64,000 nucleotides of DNA from an uncultured Alphaproteobacteria bacterium. GTDB taxonomy: Bacteria > Pseudomonadota > Alphaproteobacteria > Rhodobacterales > Rhodobacteraceae. Every line of letters starts with the position of its first letter. Position 1 is the stretch's first letter. The notes under the pieces were generated by a model. That model was not told the origin of the DNA. It did no database searches and saw only the letters and a program-made list of their open reading frames with translations. Location: contig CAVXHQ010000003.1 in NCBI GenBank assembly GCA_963761735.1, positions 212,479-276,478 of the forward strand, given 5' to 3'. This document shows positions 19,197 through 28,072 of the stretch, piece after piece. A program made the translations under genes and the position numbers.

Positions 19197-19550
19197 ATGT
19201 CCGAACATGTCACCGCGTTTTTTGCCGCCTGGTCGATGCCCGATGATGCCGCCCGCGCGGCACAGATCGAAGGAACGCTGGGCGACACCATCGAATACGC
19301 CGATCCGCGCACGGCAGAGGCGCTGGTGACGGCAGCGGCAGTGATCGACTACGTCGGCCAGTTTTCGAAGATGGCGCCGGGCATGCCGGTCGCGGCGGTG
19401 CACCAGTCCGATACGTTGAATTTCGTGCGCGCCACGGTGCGGTTCGGCGACGGCGATCAGGCCCAATGGGGCCAGTATGTCGCCGATCTGGACGCGGCGG
19501 GTCGGATCACCCGGCTGATCGGGTTCGTCGGCACGGGAGCGACCGAATGA
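19197..19550 (+). CDS. small NTF2/SnoaL-like protein (117 aa), tentative
   Basis: ATG 19197 within ORF 19011..19550. Its stop overlaps the ABC ATPase start (ATGA 19547-19550). The fold assignment rests on weak resemblance only. Confidence 0.45.
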   Translation: MSEHVTAFFAAWSMPDDAARAAQIEGTLGDTIEYADPRTAEALVTAAAVIDYVGQFSKMAPGMPVAAVHQSDTLNFVRATVRFGDGDQAQWGQYVADLDAAGRITRLIGFVGTGATE

Positions 19551-21097
19551 GTTCAACACTCGGCAAAGACAGCGCCCCGGCGATTGAATTGAAGGGCATT
19601 TCCAAGGCCTTCGGTGCGGTGCAGGCGAACAAGGACATCTCGATCCGGGTGATGCCCGGCACGATCCACGGCATCATCGGCGAGAACGGCGCGGGTAAAT
19701 CCACGCTGATGTCGATCCTGTACGGGTTCTACAAAGCCGACAAAGGCGAAATCTTCATCAACGGCACCAGGACCGAGATCCCCGACAGTCAGGCCGCCAT
19801 CGCCGCGGGCATCGGCATGGTGTTTCAGCATTTCAAACTCGTGGAGAATTTCACCGTCCTCGAAAACATCATCCTCGGTGCCGAGGATTCTGCCCTGCTG
19901 CGCCCCTCGATTGCGCGCGCCCGGCGCGAGTTGGCGGCACTGGCAAAGGAATACGAGCTGAACGTCGATCCCGATGCGATCATCGAGGAAATCGGCGTCG
20001 GGCAGCAGCAACGGGTCGAGATCCTCAAGGCGCTGTACCGGCATGCCGATATCCTGATCCTCGACGAGCCGACCGGCGTCCTGACCCCGCCCGAGGCGGA
20101 TCAACTGTTCCGGATCCTTGGCCGCCTCAAGGAAGAGGGCAAGACGATCATCCTGATCACGCATAAACTGCGCGAAATCATGGACATAACCGATACCGTC
20201 AGCGTGATGCGCCGCGGCGAGATGACCGCGACGGTCAAGACGTCGCAAACCTCGCCGCCCGAACTGGCAGAGCTGATGGTGGGCCGCAAGGTATTGATGC
20301 AGGTGGCCAAGACGCCCGCCGTACCCGGGTCCGTGACCCTCGAGGTGCGGGACCTCAATGTGACCGACAGCAAAGGCGTTCACCGCCTGAAAGGCGTCAG
20401 TTTCGATGTGCGCGCGGGCGAAATCCTCGGGATCGCGGGCGTTGCGGGCAACGGGCAGTCCGAACTCCTCGAGGTGCTGGGCGGCTACGAAAAGGCTGTC
20501 GGCAGCATCCGGCTGAACGGCACGGAGATCGACCTGACCGGCGACCATTCCGACGGACAGAGCCGACGCGCCAGCGGCATCGCCCACGTCCCCGAGGATC
20601 GCCAGCGCGAAGGCCTCATCATGGACTATTACGCCTGGGAAAACGTCGCCTTCGGCTATCACACCGATCCGAAATATCGTTCCGGAATGCTCATGAACAA
20701 CCGCGCGATCCGCGCCGACGCAGAGGCCAAGATCGCGAAATTCGACATCCGGCCCGCGTCGTGCTGGCAACTGGCCAAGAATTTCTCCGGCGGCAACCAG
20801 CAAAAGATCGTCGTCGCCCGCGAGATCGAGCGCAATCCCGACCTCCTGCTGATCGGGCAGCCGACGCGGGGCGTCGATATCGGCGCCATCGAATTCATCC
20901 ATCAGCAGATCATCGCCCTGCGCGATCAGGGCAAGGCAATCCTGCTGGTCTCGGTCGAACTGGACGAGATCATGGGCCTTGCGGACCGGATCGCCGTCAT
21001 GTTCGACGGCAGGATCATGGGTGAGCGGTTGCCGTCCGACACCGATGAAAAGGAATTGGGCCTGATGATGGCCGGTGTGACGGAAAGGGCGGCCTGA
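19547..21097 (+). CDS. ABC transporter ATP-binding protein with duplicated ATPase domains
   Basis: [16 protein letters not shown], and a second domain [29 protein letters not shown]. Confidence 0.85.
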   Translation: MSSTLGKDSAPAIELKGISKAFGAVQANKDISIRVMPGTIHGIIGENGAGKSTLMSILYGFYKADKGEIFINGTRTEIPDSQAAIAAGIGMVFQHFKLVENFTVLENIILGAEDSALLRPSIARARRELAALAKEYELNVDPDAIIEEIGVGQQQRVEILKALYRHADILILDEPTGVLTPPEADQLFRILGRLKEEGKTIILITHKLREIMDITDTVSVMRRGEMTATVKTSQTSPPELAELMVGRKVLMQVAKTPAVPGSVTLEVRDLNVTDSKGVHRLKGVSFDVRAGEILGIAGVAGNGQSELLEVLGGYEKAVGSIRLNGTEIDLTGDHSDGQSRRASGIAHVPEDRQREGLIMDYYAWENVAFGYHTDPKYRSGMLMNNRAIRADAEAKIAKFDIRPASCWQLAKNFSGGNQQKIVVAREIERNPDLLLIGQPTRGVDIGAIEFIHQQIIALRDQGKAILLVSVELDEIMGLADRIAVMFDGRIMGERLPSDTDEKELGLMMAGVTERAA

Positions 21098-22308
21098 TGC
21101 ACAAATTGCCGCGCTGGGCCGATGTGATCCTGATCCCGATGATCTCGCTGTTTCTGGCGGCGGCGATCTCGGCGCTTGTGATCTTCATCATCGCCGACGT
21201 GCCGCAGGTAGAGACCTGGGGCGAGAGCATGGGGCTGCGCGGCGCCTACCTGTGGGATGCGGCAAAGCTCATGGTGCAGGGCGCGCTGGGATCGTCCTAC
21301 GGCTGGGGCTATACCCTGTATTACGCGACGAATTTCATGTTCACCGGGCTGGCCGTCGCCGTCGCGTTCCACGCGCGCATCTTCAACATCGGAGGCGAGG
21401 GGCAGGCGCTGCTCGGCGGTCTTGGCGTGGCGCTCGTAAGCCTGTACATCCCGTGGCCGCACTGGACGCTGGCCCTGATCGGGGCGGCGATGGGGGGGGC
21501 GATATTCGGCGCGCTCTGGATCGCCCTGCCCGCCTATCTGTCGGCGCGGCGCGGCAGCCATATCGTCATCACGACGATCATGTTCAATTTCATCGCCTAC
21601 GGGCTGCTGAACTATGTCCTGAACGAGTTTCTGCGCCCGATGGGCCGGATGGACCCGGCCTCCGCCAATTTCCCGGAGCCGACCCACCTGCCCTCGCTGG
21701 GGGAAATGGCCGCGGCCCTTGGGATCGACGCCTTTGGCCGCGCGCCTGCGAATGTGACGCTGTTTCTGGCGGTCATCGCGTGTTTTGCCGTCTGGCTGCT
21801 GATCTGGCGGACCCGTCTGGGATACGAGATCCGCGCGATGGGTCATTCCGAATCGGCGGCGAAATATGCGGGCATCAATCCGGTCAAGATCACGATGATC
21901 GTGCTGCTGATCTCGGGTGGACTGGCCGGCCTGATGGCGATCAACAACGTCATGGGCGAGGCCGAACGTCTGGTTCTGAACTCGGTCGAGGGGGCCGGGT
22001 TCATCGGCATCGCCGTGGCGCTGATGGGGCGCAACCATCCGTTCGGCGTGTTCGTGGCGGCGATCCTGTTCGGGTTTCTGTATCAGGGCGGCGCCGAACT
22101 TGCGCTGTGGACGACGATCCCGCGCGAAATGATCGTGGTGATCCAGGCCCTCGTGATCATGTTCACCGGTGCGCTGGACAATATGGTGCGGGTGCCGCTG
22201 GCAAAGGTTTTCAACTTGTTTCGCCGCGATGACACCCCGCCCGTACCGCCTGCAAAACCACCCGAGCGGCCCGCCGAGCGGTCTGGCCAGCACGCGCCCG
22301 CGAAATAG
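21097..22308 (+). CDS. ABC transporter permease
   Basis: Multi-TM 403 aa. TGATG overlap with the ATPase stop. Branched-chain/ribose-type permease pattern. Confidence 0.8.
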   Translation: MHKLPRWADVILIPMISLFLAAAISALVIFIIADVPQVETWGESMGLRGAYLWDAAKLMVQGALGSSYGWGYTLYYATNFMFTGLAVAVAFHARIFNIGGEGQALLGGLGVALVSLYIPWPHWTLALIGAAMGGAIFGALWIALPAYLSARRGSHIVITTIMFNFIAYGLLNYVLNEFLRPMGRMDPASANFPEPTHLPSLGEMAAALGIDAFGRAPANVTLFLAVIACFAVWLLIWRTRLGYEIRAMGHSESAAKYAGINPVKITMIVLLISGGLAGLMAINNVMGEAERLVLNSVEGAGFIGIAVALMGRNHPFGVFVAAILFGFLYQGGAELALWTTIPREMIVVIQALVIMFTGALDNMVRVPLAKVFNLFRRDDTPPVPPAKPPERPAERSGQHAPAK

Positions 22309-22317
22309 GAGCGGCAC

Positions 22318-23547
22318 ATGGATTTCGATACCTTTCTTCAGGTTGCCGACGGCACCGTGCGCCTGTCGATCCCTCTGCTGCTGGCCTGTCTCGCGGGTCT
22401 TTTTTCCGAACGCGCGGGCATTTTCGACATCGGTCTCGAAGGCAAGATGCTGGCGGCGGCGTTTCTCTCCGCTGCCGTATCGGCGCATTTCATGGTCAAT
22501 CCGACGGGCGGGTTCATCGAGGCCGAGGTCTGCGCCGACGGTGCCTGCGAGATGGTGATGCAGTCGGTGCATTATATACCGCCCGTGGTTCTGGGCCTGT
22601 TTGCGGGCATCTTCGCGTCGCTGCTGCTGGCGGCGCTGCACGGGCTGGCATCGATCACCTTTCGCGGCGATCAGCTTATCTCGGGGGTTGCGATCAACTT
22701 TCTCGCCTCGGGTCTGACGTTCGTCATCGCGCTGAACTGGTTCAACGAGGGCGCGCGCACGCCGCAACTGGTGTCGGACGAAGGCGCGCGGTTCACGTCG
22801 ATCCTGCTGCCCTTTGCCGACAGCATGAATGCCGTGCCTTTCGTCGGGCCGTTCTATGCCGAGGTTGTGTCGGGCCATAGCCTGCTGGTCTACATCGCAT
22901 TCGCCACGGTGCCGCTTTCATGGTGGGTGCTGTACCGCACGCGGTTCGGGCTGCGCCTGCGGGCGGTGGGCGAGAACCCGGCGGCGGTGGACACGGCGGG
23001 TATTTCGGTCGTCGGGCTGCGGTATTCCGCGGTGCTGATCGCCGGGGTGTTGTGCGGCATCGCGGGGGCCTATCTGTCGACCGCCCTTCAGGCCGGGTTC
23101 ACCAAGGACATGACGGCGAACCGCGGATTCATCGCCCTGGCGGCCCTGATATTCGCGAAATGGCGGCCGTGGTACGCGCTCTTTGCCTGCCTGCTGTTCG
23201 GGATGTTCTTTGCCATCGACAACAACTTTCAGAACATCCAGGTCCCGGCGCTCTGGGTCATCGCGGCCCTTGCCGCGATCTCCGCGCTGCTGACGGGCTA
23301 CGCGGTGCGCAATACCCGGCTCGATATCATCGTGCTGGGCGGATTTTCGGCGGTGTTGATGGCGATTGCCGTTTCGGTGTTGCTGTCCGTATCGGGCAGC
23401 GATGCGGGCCTGTGGGACACGGTGAAACTGCCGACGCAGCTGATGCAGTCGCTGCCCTATATCCTGACCGTCGTCGCCGTCGCGGGTTTCGTCGGCAAGG
23501 CGATCCCGCCACGCGCCGGAGGAGAGCCCTATGTCAAAGAGCGCTGA
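22318..23547 (+). CDS. ABC transporter permease
   Basis: Multi-TM 409 aa, second permease of the same operon. Confidence 0.8.
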   Translation: MDFDTFLQVADGTVRLSIPLLLACLAGLFSERAGIFDIGLEGKMLAAAFLSAAVSAHFMVNPTGGFIEAEVCADGACEMVMQSVHYIPPVVLGLFAGIFASLLLAALHGLASITFRGDQLISGVAINFLASGLTFVIALNWFNEGARTPQLVSDEGARFTSILLPFADSMNAVPFVGPFYAEVVSGHSLLVYIAFATVPLSWWVLYRTRFGLRLRAVGENPAAVDTAGISVVGLRYSAVLIAGVLCGIAGAYLSTALQAGFTKDMTANRGFIALAALIFAKWRPWYALFACLLFGMFFAIDNNFQNIQVPALWVIAALAAISALLTGYAVRNTRLDIIVLGGFSAVLMAIAVSVLLSVSGSDAGLWDTVKLPTQLMQSLPYILTVVAVAGFVGKAIPPRAGGEPYVKER

Positions 23548-24331
23548 CGCCACCGCGATCATCCGCGACCGTGCGGGCACCGAACCCGTCCGCCTCGGTC
23601 TGATCCTCGGGTCCGGCCTCGGGCCACTGGCCGACGACGTCGACGGCGTGCGGATTTCCTATGCGGACCTGCCGGGGTTTCCGGTATCGAAGGTATCGGG
23701 GCACGCCGCGTCCCTGAGCGTCGGCACGCTGATGGGCGTGCGGGTCGCGGTGTTCGGCGGACGGGCGCATTTCTATGAGGAGGGCGATCCCGCGACCATG
23801 CGCACGCCATTGCAGGTGTTGGGCGATCTTGGCGGTGATACCGTGATCGTGACCAATGCCGCCGGATCGATGCGGCCCGATATGCCCACCGGCGAGATCA
23901 TGTGCCTGAGCGATCACATCAACTTTTCGGGCCGTAATCCGCTGATCGGAGAGCCGACCGACGCGCGGTTCGTCAACATGACCGACGCCTATGATCCCGA
24001 TCTGCGCCGCGCCCTGCGGACGGCGGCGGATGCAACCGGGACGGCGATGCGCGACGGTGTCTATGCCTGGTATTCCGGCCCGTCGTTCGAAACGCCCGCC
24101 GAGATCCGCGCCCTGCAGATGCTGGGTGGCGACGCTGTCGGCATGTCGACGGTGCCCGAGGTTATTCTGGGACGGTTCCTTGGCCTGCGCTGCGCGGGGC
24201 TGTCGGCGATCACCAATATGGCGGCGGGCCTGTCGGACGAGGCCATCGGGCACGATCATACCAAGGCGATGGCCCCGATCGGTGCCGCGAAATTGCAAAC
24301 GGTCCTGCGGCGGTTCCTGGCGGACTATTGA
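23531..24331 (+). CDS. punA: purine nucleoside phosphorylase (trimeric PunA/PNP-I type)
   Basis: LGSGLG, GHA..L..G, GRAHFYEG, TNAAG, GPSFETPAE, GMSTVPE motifs. Overlaps the permease end by 17 nt. Confidence 0.85.
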   Translation: MSKSADATAIIRDRAGTEPVRLGLILGSGLGPLADDVDGVRISYADLPGFPVSKVSGHAASLSVGTLMGVRVAVFGGRAHFYEEGDPATMRTPLQVLGDLGGDTVIVTNAAGSMRPDMPTGEIMCLSDHINFSGRNPLIGEPTDARFVNMTDAYDPDLRRALRTAADATGTAMRDGVYAWYSGPSFETPAEIRALQMLGGDAVGMSTVPEVILGRFLGLRCAGLSAITNMAAGLSDEAIGHDHTKAMAPIGAAKLQTVLRRFLADY

Positions 24332-24524
24332 ACCGCCCCGAAATCGAGACCTGTTAGGTCCAGTCCCGCGCCCGTTGTAGGACCAGTGGCGCAGGGCAGC
24401 GGCGATGCGGGGCGCTGACGGCGAATTGACCGATACGGTATTTGACACACGCAGGGATATGGCGTTGTAAGGCAGGGCGTCGCGCTCCCTGCGCCTTCAC
24501 GGCCCTCAAATTGCCGGACAGCCT

Positions 24525-25442
24525 TTGCAGATATATCTCCCCATCGCCGAGATTTCGGTGAACGCCTTTCTCCTTTTGGGAATTGGCGGACTTGTGGGCA
24601 TTCTGTCGGGCATGTTCGGTGTGGGCGGCGGATTTCTGATCACCCCGATGTTGTTCTTTGTCGGCATCCCGCCCGCGGTCGCCGTCGCGACATCGACGAA
24701 CCAGATCGTCGCCTCGTCGTTTTCCGCCCTGCTGGCGCATGTCAAACGCCGGACCGTGGATTTCCGCATGGGATGGGTGTTGCTCGCCGGCGGCCTCGTC
24801 GGCTCCGGCCTCGGGATCGTGCTGTTCAACTATCTGCGTGCGCTGGGTCAGGTCGATCTGCTGGTCAAGCTGTGCTACGTCATCTTTCTTGGTGCCATCG
24901 GCGGCCTGATGTTCGTCGAGAGCCTGAATACCATCCGAAAGTCGCGCAAACCCGGTGCGCGGGCGGTTCGGCGGCGGCACAACTGGGTGCACAACCTGCC
25001 GTTCAAGATCAAGTTCCGGGTATCGGGTCTGTACATCTCTGTCATTCCGCCGCTGGTCGTCGGCCTTCTCGTGGGGGTTCTGGCCGCGATCATGGGGGTT
25101 GGTGGCGGGTTCATCATGGTGCCCGCGATGATCTATCTCTTGGGGATGCCGACGAAGGTCGTGATCGGCACCTCGCTGTTTCAGATCATCTTCGTCACCG
25201 CGTTCACCACGATGCTGCATGCCACCACGAACAATACCGTCGACATGGTTCTGGCGGTTCTGCTGATCGTCGGGGGGGTGGTCGGCGCCCAGGTCGGCTC
25301 GCGGATCGGCGCGCGGATGAAGGCCGAGCAATTGCGCATCCTGCTGGCGATCATGGTTCTCGGCGTCTGCGGGCAGCTTGCCTTCGGGTTGCTGGTGCAA
25401 CCGTCCGAGTTGTATTCGCTTGCCCTGAAGGGATCGTATTGA
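24525..25442 (+). CDS. TauE/SafE (DUF81) family anion exporter-like membrane protein
   Basis: TTG start. MQIYLPIAEISVN..., two GVGGGF repeats, 8 predicted TM helices. Confidence 0.75.
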   Translation: MQIYLPIAEISVNAFLLLGIGGLVGILSGMFGVGGGFLITPMLFFVGIPPAVAVATSTNQIVASSFSALLAHVKRRTVDFRMGWVLLAGGLVGSGLGIVLFNYLRALGQVDLLVKLCYVIFLGAIGGLMFVESLNTIRKSRKPGARAVRRRHNWVHNLPFKIKFRVSGLYISVIPPLVVGLLVGVLAAIMGVGGGFIMVPAMIYLLGMPTKVVIGTSLFQIIFVTAFTTMLHATTNNTVDMVLAVLLIVGGVVGAQVGSRIGARMKAEQLRILLAIMVLGVCGQLAFGLLVQPSELYSLALKGSY

Positions 25443-26191
25443 TGCGCCCCCTTGCCGTCCTCGTCGCACTGCTGCTGACAGCCCCGGCACAGGCCGAGGA
25501 AATCGTGCTGGGCCTCAGCCAGGACGAGGTGGCGATTACGGCGACCTTTCAGGGCTCCGAGATTACGGTGTACGGCGCCGTGGCCCGCAGTGCGCCGATC
25601 CCCGACGGCGCCCTCGACGTCATCGTCGCCGTCAGCGGGCCGCGGATACCGGCCATCGTGCGCACCAAGGCGCGCCGTTTCGGGATCTGGGTCAACGTCG
25701 AATCGGCCGAGATCGACGCCGCCCCGTCGTTCTATGCCGTGGCGACGACCGGCCCGCTGGCCGAGGTTTTGTCGGCGACAGACGATTTGCGGTATTCGAT
25801 CAGCCTGCCAAGCGTCATCCGCTCTGTCGATGCCGGTGTGGCCGATTCGGTGCCGTTTACCGATGCGCTGATCCGCATCCGGACAGGCGAGGGACTGTAC
25901 CAGATCCTGGAGGGGGCCGTGGATTTCGAGGCGCGGACGCTGTTCCGCACCGAGATCACCCTGCCCGCCAACCTGATCGAGGGCAATTATACCACCCGCA
26001 TCTTCCTGACCCGCAGCGGCGAGGTGATCGACACCTATTCGACCGTCATCGGCGTTCAGAAAGTCGGACTTGAACGGTGGCTCTATAATCTGGCCCATGA
26101 ACAGGCAGCCGTCTACGGCGCGCTGTCGCTGCTCATCGCCATCGCCGCGGGCTGGCTCGCCTCGGCGGCGTTCACCGGGTTCCGCCGCTGA
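25442..26191 (+). CDS. TIGR02186-type (Alph_Pro_TM) membrane protein
   Basis: TGATG overlap with the preceding gene. Signal peptide, a large periplasmic part, and a C-terminal TM helix (ALSLLIAIAAGWLASAAF). Known partner of DUF81 genes in alphaproteobacteria, from memory. Confidence 0.65.
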   Translation: MRPLAVLVALLLTAPAQAEEIVLGLSQDEVAITATFQGSEITVYGAVARSAPIPDGALDVIVAVSGPRIPAIVRTKARRFGIWVNVESAEIDAAPSFYAVATTGPLAEVLSATDDLRYSISLPSVIRSVDAGVADSVPFTDALIRIRTGEGLYQILEGAVDFEARTLFRTEITLPANLIEGNYTTRIFLTRSGEVIDTYSTVIGVQKVGLERWLYNLAHEQAAVYGALSLLIAIAAGWLASAAFTGFRR

Positions 26192-26331
26192 CGGCCCCAT
26201 ACCGGCCAGATACTTGGCCGATTGCCCCCTCCCCATTTCTGGTGGGGTGAAAAACGTCAGTATTTCATTAACTGACCGCGTGGTAGACTTGCATATTAAC
26301 CTTTCGTTAACAGTCTGGGGAGACAGTCTAC

Positions 26332-26571
26332 ATGGGTAATACGTGGATTCTCGACGTTCTCGACGATCTGGCGGCGTTTGCGCGCCGCAATGATATGTCA
26401 CGACTGAGTGAGCAGCTGGAGCTTGCCGTCGTCGCTGCCAACGACGAGATCGCGGCCAGGAGGGCCATGCCACGGGCCACACACCGGGGGGAGACGCCGT
26501 ACCGGGCGTATGATGAAAGCGTTGGATCTCGAAGGCTTTCTGGGTCAGGTCGAGCGGGCAGCCGCGCTTGA
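26332..26571 (+). CDS. candidate small protein (79 aa) upstream of and overlapping luxR
   Basis: ATG preceded by GGGGAG 12-17 nt upstream. N-terminal 40 aa (MGNTWILDVLDDLAAFARRNDMSRLSEQLELAVVAANDEI) is helical and protein-like. G/C-rich third positions. 3' end overlaps the luxR start by 60 nt. Confidence 0.35.
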   Translation: MGNTWILDVLDDLAAFARRNDMSRLSEQLELAVVAANDEIAARRAMPRATHRGETPYRAYDESVGSRRLSGSGRAGSRA

Positions 26572-27295
26572 CGATATCCATGCACTGACGGTCCTTCTGC
26601 GGGATCTGTACCGCATAGATCACATTGTCTATCACTGGGTTTCCGCCGACGGCGAGCAATACGGTTTTGGCACTTACGATCCGGCCTGGGCGCAGCGGTA
26701 TTCCGACATGGATTACCTGCGGATCGATCCGGTGATCCTTGGGTGCTTTACCAAGTTTCATCCGATCGACTGGAAAAACCTCGACTGGTCCGGCAAGGCC
26801 GCGCGCGCCTTTCGCGCGGATGCCGTGGCGCACGGCATCGGTACCCAGGGGTTCTCGATCCCGATTCGCGGGCCCAACGGGCAGTTCGCCCTGTTTACCG
26901 CCTCGCATACTTGCGACGACGCGACCTGGGCTGCGTTCACGGCAGACCGTCAGCGCGAAATGATTCTGATTGCGCATTATTTCAACGTGAAGGCACTGGA
27001 GTTCAGCAAGACCCGCATTCCCGAAACCTCGCGGGCGCTCTCGCCGCGCGAGGTTGACGCTCTGACGTTCCTCGCAATGGGGTATGGGCGCAGTCAGGTT
27101 GCTGAAATGCTCTCCATTTCAGAGCATACGTTGCGCGCCTATATTGAAAGCGCGCGGTACAAACTGGGCACGGCAAATACCACGCACACTGTCGCGCGCG
27201 CCCTGTCCGAAGGCTTCATCGTGGTTGGCGGTGCAGCACGGGCGGCGAACGGTGACTGGCCGGGTCGCGCGCCGGCATTGCAAACAAAGGATTAA
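26512..27295 (+). CDS. luxR: LuxR-family autoinducer-binding transcriptional regulator
   Basis: Autoinducer-binding domain (W..RY....Y..IDP) and C-terminal GerE HTH (LSPREVDALTFLAMGYGRSQVAEMLSISEHTLRAYIESARYKLG). Confidence 0.85.
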
Positions 27296-27382
27296 CGCCA
27301 CGGTCGGCGCGGCGCAAAACCGCTAACCGAATATTTCTAGGGTCCTCCTACTGTTCATCGAACGAAACAGAGAGGATGTTCC

Positions 27383-28027
27383 ATGCTCCGTTACATTTCC
27401 GCCGCCGACCTGCCCCGCTATCCCCACCTTGCCGACACCATGTTCCGCGATCGCGCCACGCAGTTCCACGAGCGTCTGCGCTGGGACGTGCGCGTCGACG
27501 CAAAAGGACACGAGCGGGACGACTATGACGACGCCAATCCGTTGTACGTCATCCGGGAAAATGCCGACGGCAGCCACGGCGGATCGATGCGGTTCCTGCC
27601 GACAACGGGCGCCACCATGGTCAACGACCACTTCCGACACCTGACCGACGGGGCCGAGATCCGGTCGCCCTTCATCTGGGAATGTACCCGGTTCTGTCTT
27701 GCGCCCACCGCCGGAGGGCGTGTCGCCGCCGCCCTCATGCTGGCCGGAGGAGAGTTGATGCGGGCCTTCGATCTGACGCATTTTGTCGGCGTGTTCGATG
27801 CGCGGATGGTGCGGATCTATTCGCGCATCGGTGCCAGCCCCGAGGTTCTGGGGGCAAGCGGTACGGGCCGCGAAAAGATTTCCGTGGGCCTGTGGCCCTA
27901 CCGCGCCGAAGACCGCGTGCGCGTGCTGGAGCGGGCCGGGGTGTCGTCGCAGACCTCCGAGACATGGTTCCGCGACGCATTCGGCCACGGCGTCGTGCCC
28001 GAGGCAGAGGCGCGCACAGCGGCCTGA
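27383..28027 (+). CDS. luxI: acyl-homoserine-lactone synthase (LuxI family)
   Basis: MFRDRATQFHERLRWDV...D.YD...PLY..., WECTRFC, and the VGVFD...RIY.RIG block. Confidence 0.9.
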   Translation: MLRYISAADLPRYPHLADTMFRDRATQFHERLRWDVRVDAKGHERDDYDDANPLYVIRENADGSHGGSMRFLPTTGATMVNDHFRHLTDGAEIRSPFIWECTRFCLAPTAGGRVAAALMLAGGELMRAFDLTHFVGVFDARMVRIYSRIGASPEVLGASGTGREKISVGLWPYRAEDRVRVLERAGVSSQTSETWFRDAFGHGVVPEAEARTAA

Positions 28028-28072
28028 GCGGTTGGGCTGGTCCCCGGTCGGGCGCAGCGATAGAGTCGCGCC

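Noticed and set aside
27351-27370. CTGTT-N10-AACAG inverted repeat upstream of luxI, considered as a lux box.
   Set aside because: CTG and CAG are 14 nt apart, not the 10 nt of lux-type boxes. The element lies directly against the RBS, within about 13-32 nt of the ATG, so it is more likely a 5'-UTR hairpin than an activator site at -42.5.
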